From Sandaracinaceae bacterium (GTDB lineage: Bacteria; Myxococcota_A; Polyangia; Polyangiales; JADJQN01), in assembly GCA_016712745.1 (NCBI GenBank), contig JADJQN010000001.1, forward strand, positions 1,879,086-1,943,085: 64,000 nucleotides of DNA. The letters are read 5' to 3'. Below, one piece after another: positions 7,695 to 17,379 of this stretch (positions are counted from its first letter, which is position 1; the number at the start of each line of letters is the position of its first letter). Under the pieces are notes generated by a model. That model saw only the letters and a list, made by a program, of their open reading frames with translations, was not told the DNA's origin and did no database searches. A program made the translations under genes and the position numbers.

Positions 7695-9329
7695 ATGACT
7701 CTCTCCTTCGATACGCACCCCGACCGATACAAGCACTGGAAGCTCTCTGTTGAGGGGGACATCGCCACGCTCGCGATGGACGTGGATCCGCAAGGCGGGC
7801 TCACGCCCGGCTACGAGCTGAAGTTGAACTCGTACGATCTTGGCGTAGACATTGAGCTCGCGGACGCCGTGCAACGTTTGCGGTTTGAACACCCCAATGT
7901 GAAGAGCGTCGTTGTGACGAGCGCAAACGACCGTGTGTTTTGCGCGGGTGCCAACATCCCGATGCTCGGAAGCTCAGCACACGCGTTCAAAGTGAACTTC
8001 TGCAAGTTCACAAACGAAACGCGTCTCTCCATTGAAGACGCCTCCGCGAAGAGCCAGCAAAAATACCTCGCCGCGGTCAACGGGCCATGTGCGGGCGGCG
8101 GCTACGAGCTAGCGCTGGCATGCGACGAGATTCTTCTCGTGGATGACGGCGCCTCGTCGGTGAGGCTGCCGGAAGTACCCCTTCTGGGAGTTTTACCCGG
8201 CACCGGTGGACTTACGCGTCTTGTCGACAAGCGCAAAGTGCGTCGTGATCGTGCGGATGTGTTTTGCACGACGAGTGAAGGCATTCGCGGCAAGCGCGCT
8301 GTCGAGTGGGGTCTGGTCGATGCGACAGCGCCCAAGAGTAAATTCGCGGATGCGGTCAAAGCTCACGCCGCGACGCTCGCCAAAAAGTCTGGCGCCAAGA
8401 GCAAAGGGCCCGGCATCGCGTTGGGACCCGTCGCGCCGCGCATCGAGGACGGCGTGTTTACGTACAAGTTTCTTACCATGAAGATTGATGCTGCGGCCCG
8501 CCGCGCTGACGTCGAACTGCGTGGCCCGGACGGCGCCCAGCCCAAGACCGCCGATGAGATTCAGGCGGCCGGCGCTATGCAATGGTCCCTTCACGCATTC
8601 CGCGAACTGGACGACGCGCTTTTGCGCCTACGTATCGAGCACTTGAATATCGGCCTCTTGGTATTGCGCACGCGCGGGAGCGTCGACGCTGTGCTTGCGG
8701 TGGACGAAGCGCTCTTCCAAGCGCGTGAGCACTGGCTGGCCAATGAGATCCTAGCGTTGCAGGCACGCGTCTTGCGGCGCCTCGACCTCACCTCGCGGAG
8801 CACCTTTGCGTTGGTCGACCAGGGTTCGTGTTTTGCTGGCAGCTTGCTTGAGCTCGCGCTCGCGTGTGACCGCATCTACATGCTTGCCGACGACGCAGAG
8901 AAAGTCGCCGTTGCGATCTCTTCATTGAACGGAGGGCTTCTGCTGATGAGCCACGGCGTCTCGCGTCTTCAAGCGCGTTTCCTAGCCGAGCCTGCGCGCG
9001 TGGAGCGCGTTCTTGCGACGAAGGGATTGATCACCACAGCCGATGCGGACGACCTGGGGCTCGTGACTGTGGCTCCCGACGAGATCGATTGGGACGACGA
9101 CGTACGCATCGCGCTGGAAGAGCGCGCGAGTATGTCGCCCGACGCTCTCACAGGCATGGAAGCGAGCCTGCGCTTTGCCGGTCCGGAAAGCTGCGACAGC
9201 AAAATCTTCGCGCGCCTGAGCGCCTGGCAGAATTGGATCTTCCAACGACCCAACGCGGTTGGTCCGCAAGGCGCGCTAACGAAGTATGGTCAACCGGATC
9301 GACCGACGTTTGATTGGAAGCGTTGCTAA
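7695..9329 (+). CDS. boxC: Benzoyl-CoA-dihydrodiol lyase (2,3-epoxybenzoyl-CoA dihydrolase), crotonase superfamily
   Basis: 544 aa. YELKLNSYDLGVDIELADAVQRLRFEHP, FCAGANIPMLG, KVNFCKFTNETR, GGGYELALACDEILLVDD, LPEVPLLGVLPGTGGLTRLVDKRKVRRDRADVF. These match BoxC as I remember it. Confidence 0.8.
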   Translation: MTLSFDTHPDRYKHWKLSVEGDIATLAMDVDPQGGLTPGYELKLNSYDLGVDIELADAVQRLRFEHPNVKSVVVTSANDRVFCAGANIPMLGSSAHAFKVNFCKFTNETRLSIEDASAKSQQKYLAAVNGPCAGGGYELALACDEILLVDDGASSVRLPEVPLLGVLPGTGGLTRLVDKRKVRRDRADVFCTTSEGIRGKRAVEWGLVDATAPKSKFADAVKAHAATLAKKSGAKSKGPGIALGPVAPRIEDGVFTYKFLTMKIDAAARRADVELRGPDGAQPKTADEIQAAGAMQWSLHAFRELDDALLRLRIEHLNIGLLVLRTRGSVDAVLAVDEALFQAREHWLANEILALQARVLRRLDLTSRSTFALVDQGSCFAGSLLELALACDRIYMLADDAEKVAVAISSLNGGLLLMSHGVSRLQARFLAEPARVERVLATKGLITTADADDLGLVTVAPDEIDWDDDVRIALEERASMSPDALTGMEASLRFAGPESCDSKIFARLSAWQNWIFQRPNAVGPQGALTKYGQPDRPTFDWKRC

Positions 9330-9330
9330 G

Positions 9331-10548
9331 CTAGCGCCGCGTCATCCAGACGTACGCTCCCGCTACAGCCGCAAGCACCAAGAGAGTTGTCCACAGCAGC
9401 CAGCGCGAGCGCCTCGCCGTTGGCGCTGTGTTCGGTGCAGCAGCGAGCGCGTGCTTGGGCAACGGCCGCGGGGCTGCACTGGGGATCGAAAACCGCGGAA
9501 CCTCGAGCGCTGCGCTTACACCAGGCTCCGAGAGGCGAGCCGGCGCTTTGAAAGCGATGTGATCGAGCGGCAAAGCTGCGACCGGGCTGTCTCCTGCTTC
9601 ACTGGCAACGCGCAGTGCCATCATAAGCGCCGACGGACTTGCGTACCTTTCCTCGGCTTTGACACTCATTGCTTTCGTCAGAATCGGAGAGATGTGCGCA
9701 AGCCTCGGCTCAATCGAGCCCAAGGACTGGATGCGCCCGTGCAAGATCGCACCGAGTAGCGTGGCGCGATCGATTTCTCCGAAGGGCGAGACGCCGGCGA
9801 GCGATTCGAAGATGCACAACGCGAGAGCATAGACATCGACCGTAGGGCCTGCGGACTTCGCCGACATGATTTGTTCGGGGGCCATGTACTTCGGCGTGCC
9901 GATCGAATCTCCAGTGCGTGTGAGAGTCCCGTCACCGACGAGCGACGAGAGACCAAAATCGAGCACCTTGAGCGGAGTCGGCCCGCTATCGAGCAGGAAT
10001 AGATTCTCGGGTTTCAAATCGCGGTGAACGATTCCGCGCGCATGCGCCGCGTCGATAGCGTCGGCGGCCGGAGTGAAAATGCGTAGCACTTCCGGCAGCG
10101 ACAATTTCTTCTCGCGCCGTAAACGAGCGCCCAGCGTTTCGCCTGCGAGGCGCTCCATCGCCATGAAGCAGGTTCCATCGTTCGCAACGCCGAGGTTGAA
10201 GAGGCGCACGACGGCGGGATGCTCGAGCGTGTTGAGGATTGCCCCTTCGCGCTTGAATCGCTCGCGCACACTGTCTTCATTGCCGGGCGCTCGCCGCAAG
10301 ATCTTGAGAATCACGGGGCGCTCTGCCGCGACTTCTGTCGCCTCGTAGACGAACGTCGTCCCATTCTTCGCGATCATCTTCTCGATGCAGTACGCGTCCG
10401 CGTAGATCGCGCCAGGCGAGAACGCCTTTACGACCACCGTAGCCACGCCGTCGTCGAAAGATTGAGTCACAGCAGATACCCCAGCGTATTTTGGCCCCGC
10501 GAAAACACAAGCCTTTGATTCGCCACCCAAGACCGTGAGCCAGCGCAC
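9331..10548 (-). CDS. Eukaryote-like Ser/Thr protein kinase with a C-terminal TM anchor
   Basis: VILKIL (catalytic Lys), HRDLKPENLFL, DFGLS, GTPKYMAPE. The Gly-rich loop is degenerate (IAKNGTTFVY). C-terminal TM segment WLLWTTLLVLAAVAGAYVW. The N-terminal start is uncertain. Confidence 0.85.
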   Translation of the reverse strand: MRWLTVLGGESKACVFAGPKYAGVSAVTQSFDDGVATVVVKAFSPGAIYADAYCIEKMIAKNGTTFVYEATEVAAERPVILKILRRAPGNEDSVRERFKREGAILNTLEHPAVVRLFNLGVANDGTCFMAMERLAGETLGARLRREKKLSLPEVLRIFTPAADAIDAAHARGIVHRDLKPENLFLLDSGPTPLKVLDFGLSSLVGDGTLTRTGDSIGTPKYMAPEQIMSAKSAGPTVDVYALALCIFESLAGVSPFGEIDRATLLGAILHGRIQSLGSIEPRLAHISPILTKAMSVKAEERYASPSALMMALRVASEAGDSPVAALPLDHIAFKAPARLSEPGVSAALEVPRFSIPSAAPRPLPKHALAAAPNTAPTARRSRWLLWTTLLVLAAVAGAYVWMTRR

Positions 10549-10583
10549 GGCGCGGCCGAGCTATCGCCATTATCCTCCCCGGT

Positions 10584-12002
10584 ATGTCGCTCACTGACTC
10601 CATTCCGAACAATGTCGACCTCGCATCCGACCCCAAGCTCCTGCGAGCTCTCGAAAAATGGCAGCCAAACTTTCTCTCCTGGTGGCGCGACATGGGGCCG
10701 GACGGCTTCCAAGAAGACAAGATTTGGCTTCGCACGGCGATCTCCGTCGACTCCAATGGCTGGGCTCAGTACGACTACGTGAAGATGCCGGACTACCGCT
10801 GGGGCATTTTCTTGGCCGAGCGCAAAGAGGAACGCCCGATTCAGTTTGGCGATCACATCGGCAAAACTCCTTGGGCCGACGTGCCGGGCGAGTTGCGCGG
10901 CATTCTGCGTCGCATCATCGTGACGCAAGCGCATACGGAACCGGCTAGCGTTGAGCAGCAGCGCCTCTTGGGAAAAACCGCACCCTCGCTCTACGACCTC
11001 CGCAACCTCTTTCAGGTGAACGTTGAAGAAGGTCGTCACCTCTGGGCGATGGTGCACTTGCTCCATCAGTACTTCGGACGCGACGGTCGTGAAGAAGCTG
11101 AAGCCTTGCTCGAACGTCGCAGCGGCGACCCCGACAAACCGCGCATCTTGCAAACATTCAACGAGACGACGAGCGAATGGCTCTCCTTCTTCATGTTCAC
11201 AATGTTCACCGACCGCGACGGAAAGTATCAGCTCGCATCGCTAAGCGAATCGGGATTTGATCCGTTAGCGCGTTGCACGCAGTTCATGTTGACCGAAGAA
11301 GCATTCCATCTCTTCTGCGGTGAGACAGGCATCGATCGGGTCGTACGAAAATCAGCCGAGCTCACCGCCAAGGATCCGAATGGCGACGCGCGCAAGCTGG
11401 GCGGCATCGACATTCCCACGATTCAGAAATGGATCAACTTCTGGTTTTCGAGCGCAGTCGAGCTCTTTGGCGGCGAGATCAGCAGCAACGCCGCCGATTA
11501 CTTCGCAACAGGTCTGAAGGGGCGCTACCGCGAAGACAAGTACAGCGACCACGTCGCGATGGAAAACATCTACTCCATGGACGTTCTCGAGGATGGCCGT
11601 TTGACGAAGCGCGAAGTGCCGATGCGCACCGCGCTCAACGAAGTCCTCCGAGATGAGTACGTCGAAGATTGCGAACGCGCCGTGCGCAAGTGGAATAAGA
11701 CTATCGAAGCGGCTGGGCTCTCGGAGCGGCTCTTCCTGCCAAGCCGTCGTTTCAATCGCAGCATGGGCATGTACGCAGGATTTCACTTCTCGGTCACGGG
11801 CGAGCCGCTTACACGCGAGCAGTTCGAAGCCAAGCGCGACGAATGGCTGCCAACTGCTGCCGACCGCGCCTATGTCCAATCGCTCATGAAACCCGTCTAC
11901 GAGCCAGGTCAGTTCGCGTCCTGGATCGCGCCACCGCTTCACGGGGTCAAGGGAACGCCCATCGACTACGAGTACGTGAAGTTCAACGAACGCGAGCGCT
12001 AG
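10584..12002 (+). CDS. boxB: Benzoyl-CoA 2,3-epoxidase (oxygenase) component B, diiron enzyme
   Basis: 472 aa. Two ExxH motifs (NVEEGRHLWAM, LTEEAFHLFCGE). The N-terminus SIPNNVDLASDPKLLRALEKWQPNFLSWW and the overall length match BoxB. Confidence 0.85.
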   Translation: MSLTDSIPNNVDLASDPKLLRALEKWQPNFLSWWRDMGPDGFQEDKIWLRTAISVDSNGWAQYDYVKMPDYRWGIFLAERKEERPIQFGDHIGKTPWADVPGELRGILRRIIVTQAHTEPASVEQQRLLGKTAPSLYDLRNLFQVNVEEGRHLWAMVHLLHQYFGRDGREEAEALLERRSGDPDKPRILQTFNETTSEWLSFFMFTMFTDRDGKYQLASLSESGFDPLARCTQFMLTEEAFHLFCGETGIDRVVRKSAELTAKDPNGDARKLGGIDIPTIQKWINFWFSSAVELFGGEISSNAADYFATGLKGRYREDKYSDHVAMENIYSMDVLEDGRLTKREVPMRTALNEVLRDEYVEDCERAVRKWNKTIEAAGLSERLFLPSRRFNRSMGMYAGFHFSVTGEPLTREQFEAKRDEWLPTAADRAYVQSLMKPVYEPGQFASWIAPPLHGVKGTPIDYEYVKFNERER

Positions 12003-12005
12003 GCT

Positions 12006-13748
12006 GTGACGAAAGCGCGTCCGTCTCTCGCAAGCCTCGCGCGTGGCTTTCGGTCGAGCTATCTCTCGTGGACGGATATCGAGGCGCAGCTTCGTGCGTG
12101 GGCTGATGCCTATCCGGAGATCGCCCATCTCGAGTCGATCGGGAAAACGAAAGAGGGACGCGAGCTCTGGGTACTCACGCTGGGACGCGACCCCCTACGC
12201 GTTCGTCCGGCCGTTTGGATCGACGGTAACATGCATGCGAGCGAGCTCTGCGGATCGAGCGTAGCGCTTGGCATCGCCGAAGATATTCTCGCGCTGCATT
12301 TGAACGCGACGACCGAGCATGTGCGCGAGCTTCCTGCCCACACGCTGGCGACACTCGAGAACGTTCTCTTCCACATCATGCCGCGCATCTCGCCCGACGG
12401 TGCGGAGGCTGTGCTCACCACCGGCAAGTACGTGCGTTCGGTTCCTCGCGATCGCAGACCCAACAAGAACCACGCCTATTTTACGGCATACGACGTTGAC
12501 GGTGACGGCGAGGCGCTACTTATGCGCGTGCAAGATCCCACGGGCGAATACGTCGAATCGAAGAACGAGAAAGATCTGATGCTGTTGCGTCGGCTCGAAG
12601 ACGAGGGCCCTTTCTACAAGATCTATCCGGAGGGGCTCATCGAGAACTTCGATGGCTCGCATGTGCCGTCGCCCACCTTTCTCTCTGACAACGACACAGA
12701 TCTCAATCGCAACTTTCCGCATTCGTGGCTGCCTGAACCCGAGCAGGTCGGTGCCGGACGCTTTGCGTTGAGCGAGCCCGAGTCGCGTGCCGTCGTGGAG
12801 TTCACGTCCGCTCGCCCTCATATCTTCGCTTGGTTGAATCTGCACACCTTTGGTGGCGTGTTCATCAGGCCGCTCGGCGACAAGCCCGATACGAAGATGA
12901 ACCCTGAGGATCTCGCGCTCTTCCGCGAGATCGGACGCTGGAACGAAAAGCTGACCGGCTACCCCACAGTCAGTGGCTTTGAAGAGTTTACGTACGAGCC
13001 TGACAAGCCGCTGCACGGCGACCTTAGCGACTACGCCTATGTACAACGCGGGTGCATCGCGTACGTGTGCGAGCTTTGGGATCTCTTCCGTCAGATCGGA
13101 ATGGAGAAGCATAAACGCTTCGTCGATCACTACACGCACATGACGCGCGAGGACCTCGAGCGCCTCGCCAAATGGGATCGCGAGAAGAATCGGGGACGGA
13201 CCGTGCGACCGTGGCGCGCGTTCAAACATCCGCAACTTGGCGAAGTCGAACTGGGCGGAATTGATTCCCGCGTAGGTCTGTGGAATCCGCCGTACGAGAT
13301 GCTCGACGAAATCTGTCGCGCTCAAAGCGCGGCGTTCTTGCGTGTTGCCGCACTTGCTCCGCGTCTCATCATCGCCGACATCACACAGGCGAAGCTCGGG
13401 GAGCAGATCACCGAGGTCACCCTCACCGTGAGAAACGACGGTTATCTCCCAACATACGTGCTCGCCTCATCCAAAGCCCTCGCGTGGAACGAACCGCTAT
13501 ACGCCACGCTCACACGCCGCACGCCGACACTGAGTATCCATCCGGGCGACGCGCGCCGTGAACTGGGACACCTCGACGGCTGGGGCCGCGGCCAATTTGG
13601 CGAAGGTAACTCGATCTTCTTTCAGCGCAGCCGCGGAAGCACCGCCTCGCGTACCGTCCGACTTCAAGTGAAGGGGCGCGGACCACTCAGGTTGAGCATC
13701 GGCAGCTGCCGGGTTGGCTACGTCGAGACTGAAATTGAAATCAGCTGA
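12006..13748 (+). CDS. M14-family zinc carboxypeptidase-like protein
   Basis: [14 protein letters not shown] (HxxE zinc ligands), NRNFP, NLHTFGG. The GTG start lies 3 nt after the boxB stop codon. Confidence 0.7.
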   Translation: MTKARPSLASLARGFRSSYLSWTDIEAQLRAWADAYPEIAHLESIGKTKEGRELWVLTLGRDPLRVRPAVWIDGNMHASELCGSSVALGIAEDILALHLNATTEHVRELPAHTLATLENVLFHIMPRISPDGAEAVLTTGKYVRSVPRDRRPNKNHAYFTAYDVDGDGEALLMRVQDPTGEYVESKNEKDLMLLRRLEDEGPFYKIYPEGLIENFDGSHVPSPTFLSDNDTDLNRNFPHSWLPEPEQVGAGRFALSEPESRAVVEFTSARPHIFAWLNLHTFGGVFIRPLGDKPDTKMNPEDLALFREIGRWNEKLTGYPTVSGFEEFTYEPDKPLHGDLSDYAYVQRGCIAYVCELWDLFRQIGMEKHKRFVDHYTHMTREDLERLAKWDREKNRGRTVRPWRAFKHPQLGEVELGGIDSRVGLWNPPYEMLDEICRAQSAAFLRVAALAPRLIIADITQAKLGEQITEVTLTVRNDGYLPTYVLASSKALAWNEPLYATLTRRTPTLSIHPGDARRELGHLDGWGRGQFGEGNSIFFQRSRGSTASRTVRLQVKGRGPLRLSIGSCRVGYVETEIEIS

Positions 13749-13771
13749 GCGGCCCGGCGTTAGACGACGCG

Positions 13772-14527
13772 CTACGAGCTGCTGATCGCGTCGGAGTGGC
13801 AGAAGCGGCGCGTGCCGGAAAGATCGGTTCGTACTTGGCAGGCATAACCGCCGGGGCATTCGCAATCTGCACGGCACTTGATCTCGCACGAGTACGTGGT
13901 GCCAAGAGCGGAGGTGTTCGCTGCGCACTCATAGCCTGTGCCGCAGGCTTCGGCATCTCCAGGATCGCACGTCACGCCCACTGCGCCTCCGCCCGGGGCT
14001 GCAAGGCACGCGCTTTCTGGCAGCCTGCAAAAGTGGTGAGTCCCGGCTTTGTCTGAAATCGTAGCGCACGTAAACTCGTCCGGGCACTCGCATGCGGTGG
14101 TGCACGGGATCTCGCAGTGCGGCGGTCCGGCAACGATGCCCGTCATGCTGAAGCATTCGTAATCAGACGGGCAGACTTCTTCGCCATCGTCGCAACCGGC
14201 ACCGGCGTAAAGTCCTTCGTCACTTACCGACTCGAGGCACATGCCTGCGTCGCCGCCTGACCCGCTATCGATGCTGAAGCCAGCATCGGCGCCGAGGTCG
14301 GGCCTGACGTTCGCATCGACGCCACTGTCGATGATCACGTCTGCGTCGAATCCTGCGTCGCGTGACCCACCGTCCGTGCTCGTTCCGAGATCGGACGCAC
14401 TCGCATCACCCGCAGTTCCGCTGTCAGCAGCGCCCGAGTCCGTACCGGGCACGCCTGCGGGGTCATCGCTGCAGGCAACAAGGAAAATTCCGACAAGTAA
14501 GGAGAAGCGCAAGCCATGCATCGTCAT
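13772..14527 (-). CDS. Secreted Cys-rich lipoprotein with an internal duplication
   Basis: Signal peptide and lipobox LLVGIFLVAC, followed by a low-complexity D/S/G linker. Two related modules: ...CECPDEFTCATISDKAGTHHFCRLP and ...CECPGGYACQVRTDLSGTRRFCHSD. Confidence 0.6.
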   Translation of the reverse strand: MTMHGLRFSLLVGIFLVACSDDPAGVPGTDSGAADSGTAGDASASDLGTSTDGGSRDAGFDADVIIDSGVDANVRPDLGADAGFSIDSGSGGDAGMCLESVSDEGLYAGAGCDDGEEVCPSDYECFSMTGIVAGPPHCEIPCTTACECPDEFTCATISDKAGTHHFCRLPESACLAAPGGGAVGVTCDPGDAEACGTGYECAANTSALGTTYSCEIKCRADCECPGGYACQVRTDLSGTRRFCHSDAISSS

Positions 14528-14598
14528 GGGTGACAGTTATGACACACGTGGCGGGGCCTTTGCAGTATCTGAGCGTTTCGGTAATAAGCTGGGCTTGC

Positions 14599-14826
14599 AT
14601 GATCGAGGATCACGAAGAGCGCGTGTTGGCTGTGCACCTCGGACGTAGCGCGAATTGCTCGTCGATCGGCAGTGTCGTCGACATGCTCTTTGTTAGTGGC
14701 GTTGTCGGAGCCGCCCTTTTGTCGGCGCTCGCCGTGATGCTGCGGTCGCCCAAGGGCAACAACGAGCCCCATCAGCCAGATGCCGAAGCGGCGGCGACCG
14801 AGCAACCGCCCGAGGACTCGGAGTGA
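14599..14826 (+). CDS. Hypothetical small single-TM protein (75 aa) coupled to the second rSAM gene
   Basis: MIEDHEERVLAVHLGRSANCSSIGSVVDMLFVSGVVGAALLSALAVMLRSPKGNNEPHQPDAEAAATEQPPEDSE. GC3-rich. Its TGA overlaps the GTG start of the rSAM gene (GTGA at 14823-14826). The start is uncertain (alternative ATG encoding MLFVSG...). Confidence 0.3.
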   Translation: MIEDHEERVLAVHLGRSANCSSIGSVVDMLFVSGVVGAALLSALAVMLRSPKGNNEPHQPDAEAAATEQPPEDSE

Positions 14827-16016
14827 AAGGCGGCGTGCGAGCTCGAGCCGAACGCTTCGGCGCGATCGTGGCGATGGACGAGCCGCCCGCGCTGATCTCG
14901 GTGAACCGCGCGTTCGCACGGCGGTTGGGCGTTGCTCCGGATGGACAATGGGGCGAAGACGAAGCAGGTCTCGAGATCGAAGTGCTGCGTGCACCCACGG
15001 AGGTGCACCTCGCTGCGACCATGCGATGCCCCGCAGCATGCACATCGTGCTACGCGGATGCGACGCCGCGCGGTCACGAGCCAAGCTTTGACGAGGTAGT
15101 CGCGCGCATCGACGCACTCGCTAGCGCATCGGTTTTCTCGATCGCCTTTGGCGGTGGGGAAGCGGCTTTGCGCGAGGACATCGTGAAGCTCGCCGCCCAC
15201 GCCCGCGCGCGCGGCCTGATGCCTACCCTCACCACGAGCGGGCTTGGCATGAACTCCAAACGCGCCGAGTCGTTCCGAGTCTTCGCACAGGTGAACGTAA
15301 GCTACGACGGCGCGACAGATGTATCAACAAGCGTTCGCGGCTACGACGGCGCTACGGTCGCAAAAGAAGCGATGCGATGTTTGGGCGAAGCCGGCGTTCC
15401 GTTCGGCATCAACACAGTTCTCACGCGAACTAGCTACGAGCACGTGGCCGACACCGCGCGCGACGTGCAGGCACTCGGCGCGTGCGAGATGCAGCTCTTG
15501 CGTTTTAAACCTTCTGGGCGGGGCCGGATGAACTACCTCGCCGAGCGCCTGACGTTCGCGCAAATCGATTCATTTGCCGAGACGCTTCGCACGCTATCTA
15601 CCCGCCACAGCTTCGCGTTGCGAATCGATTGCGCGCTGATGCCTTTCTTGGTGCAAGCCAAGGACGTGTCGCCAGAAGCCATCGCGACTTTTGGGGTGAT
15701 GGGTTGCGAAGCGGGCCGTTCGCTTTGCGCGACCAAGTCCGACGGAAGCATGTCTCCGTGTAGTTTTTGGGACGGAGGCCCAAGCGGCGAGCTCGACTTT
15801 CAAGAGGCGTGGGAGAAAGACCCAACGCTAAGCGCGTTTCGGTCCTACGTGCGCAACGCCCCCGAACCCTGCAAGAGCTGCGAATTTCGACAAGTGTGTC
15901 GAAGCGGATGCCGCATCGTAGCCCGTGAGCTGACGGGCGATGCGTTTGCGCCCGATCCCGAGTGCCCTCGCGTGCGATCTATGAGAGAAACAGACCCGGC
16001 AAGGAGCTCGACATGA
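14823..16016 (+). CDS. Radical SAM/SPASM-domain protein (second copy in the window)
   Basis: ATMRCPAACTSCYA (CxxxCxxC), FGGGEAALRED, and a C-terminal Cys cluster GCEAGRSLCATKSDGSMSPCSFW...PCKSCEFRQVCRSGCR (SPASM/twitch-like). The start is GTG 14823 or the downstream ATG (MDEPP...). Confidence 0.8.
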   Translation: MKGGVRARAERFGAIVAMDEPPALISVNRAFARRLGVAPDGQWGEDEAGLEIEVLRAPTEVHLAATMRCPAACTSCYADATPRGHEPSFDEVVARIDALASASVFSIAFGGGEAALREDIVKLAAHARARGLMPTLTTSGLGMNSKRAESFRVFAQVNVSYDGATDVSTSVRGYDGATVAKEAMRCLGEAGVPFGINTVLTRTSYEHVADTARDVQALGACEMQLLRFKPSGRGRMNYLAERLTFAQIDSFAETLRTLSTRHSFALRIDCALMPFLVQAKDVSPEAIATFGVMGCEAGRSLCATKSDGSMSPCSFWDGGPSGELDFQEAWEKDPTLSAFRSYVRNAPEPCKSCEFRQVCRSGCRIVARELTGDAFAPDPECPRVRSMRETDPARSST

Positions 16017-16402
16017 AGAATACCGTTCTCGCCCCCGCAGTTCTCGCCTCGGCAATCCTGGCCTGCGTTGGTTGTGGCGCGCAAGCAAACAGCCGCGCCA
16101 CGCTCGAAGAGCTCAAGGCCGCGATGGGCGCACGCTCGACAACGCCAGGCGACCGCGAGGCAAACACTCAGCTTGCCGTGCGCGTGGTCGAGGAAGGCGC
16201 GCTCGAAAACCTCCGTCGTGACGAGGTCATCGATGCGATTGGGCGCGGCAATCCTTGCAGCGTTCGCCCCGCCTGCGCGGAGCGCGGTTACGAAGACGAC
16301 GATTGGATCTACGACATCGGGGACGACCCGACGGCACCATCGATCGTGGTCGGTTTCGACACGAGCGGTCGCGTCAGCCGCAGTACGTACATCACGCACT
16401 GA
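16013..16402 (+). CDS. Small lipoprotein (possibly SmpA/OmlA/BamE-like fold)
   Basis: MKNTVLAPAVLASAILACVGCG (lipobox). Its ATG overlaps the rSAM stop codon (ATGA at 16013-16016). I trimmed the tracked ORF (from 15962). The fold assignment is only a guess from ...WIYDIG...VVGFDTSGRV. Confidence 0.5.
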   Translation: MKNTVLAPAVLASAILACVGCGAQANSRATLEELKAAMGARSTTPGDREANTQLAVRVVEEGALENLRRDEVIDAIGRGNPCSVRPACAERGYEDDDWIYDIGDDPTAPSIVVGFDTSGRVSRSTYITH

Positions 16403-16407
16403 TTTTC

Positions 16408-17280
16408 GTGCCGCGCACTTCGCATCGCTCGCGCGACGACGCGAACCACAACTTTGTTACGCACGAGTTCGCCGCGGAAATTGTCCGCAGAGTATCTGTC
16501 GCGCTTGGCGATAACGCGCGCGTAACACCGATGAAGGGCGCACTTCTCGCTCGCACTTACTACGAGGATGTCTCGCAGCGGCCTATGTCGGATGTGGACG
16601 TGCTGGTCACCGACATCTCATTGCGCAAATCGCTGCACGAGTTGAAGCGCGCAGGCTTCGTGCGAGTCGGCGTTAGCAGCGACCTCGGGGTCCGCACCCT
16701 GTCGCATCCATGCGCGCCTGAGCTCCTTCTCGACTTGCATCGCTTTCCCTTGCCCCTTGGCCTCGGTCGAGTGACCAACGCGTGGTTCTTGGTTGATGCG
16801 CGTGCCGACGACTCGCTCTTTGGTGCTCGCGTGTTCATACCCACGCGTACTCGCTTGCTCGCCCATACGCTGGGCGTCATCGCCAACGACGATGTCTATC
16901 GTGCTCACGCTCACACACTCGAAGACGTGAACCGCCTCGCGCGCGCACAGAACGTCGACGAAGACGTGCGCACGATTTCCGATGCGGGCCTACGCATCGC
17001 CGCCGTGCTCGCGCTCAAACGCGTGTGCGAGGAGAAGCCCTCAAGTGCGGCGTCCGCGTTGCTCACCGCGATTGAGCTGACTGCAGCCGAGCGACGCTTT
17101 GCTGCACGTTTGCATGCCGAGCTTGTGCGTTTGCGTTACACGCCAGAGCGCGCTTTGCGCGGGAAGATCGTTTCTCGCTTCGTGGCTGATACCTACGCGC
17201 TGCGAGCGAGATCGGTGCTTTCCGCGGGCTTAGGCAAAGCGCAGGCGCTGCTGCTAAACCGCTGGCGAAATTCGCCCTAA
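16408..17280 (+). CDS. Nucleotidyltransferase family protein (NTP_transf_5 / PF14907-like)
   Basis: VTPMKGALLARTYYEDVSQRPMSDVDVLVTD...ELKRAGF matches the lKG.al...Y.d...R.m.DiDlLv signature. I trimmed the tracked ORF (from 16255, overlapping the lipoprotein gene) to the in-frame GTG at 16408. Confidence 0.55.
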   Translation: MPRTSHRSRDDANHNFVTHEFAAEIVRRVSVALGDNARVTPMKGALLARTYYEDVSQRPMSDVDVLVTDISLRKSLHELKRAGFVRVGVSSDLGVRTLSHPCAPELLLDLHRFPLPLGLGRVTNAWFLVDARADDSLFGARVFIPTRTRLLAHTLGVIANDDVYRAHAHTLEDVNRLARAQNVDEDVRTISDAGLRIAAVLALKRVCEEKPSSAASALLTAIELTAAERRFAARLHAELVRLRYTPERALRGKIVSRFVADTYALRARSVLSAGLGKAQALLLNRWRNSP

Positions 17281-17306
17281 ATTCTTCTGTATTTAGGCGT
17301 TTACGC

Positions 17307-17335
17307 TTGACGCGACGCGTTGGGAGAACATAAAT
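17307..17335 (+). promoter_or_regulatory. Sigma70-like promoter for the acyl-CoA dehydrogenase gene
   Basis: TTGACG (17307-17312), a 17-nt spacer, then ATAAAT (17330-17335), all read directly from the sequence. Confidence 0.4.
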
Positions 17336-17359
17336 GAAGCGCCATTCATTTAGTGAATG
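17332..17359. promoter_or_regulatory. Two overlapping palindromes; candidate operator
   Basis: AAATGAA-gcgcca-TTCATTT (17332-17351) and CATTCA-tttag-TGAATG (17343-17359). They overlap the -10 box and the predicted transcription start. Confidence 0.3.
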
Positions 17360-17379
17360 CGCCCATCTTAGGAGTCTCT

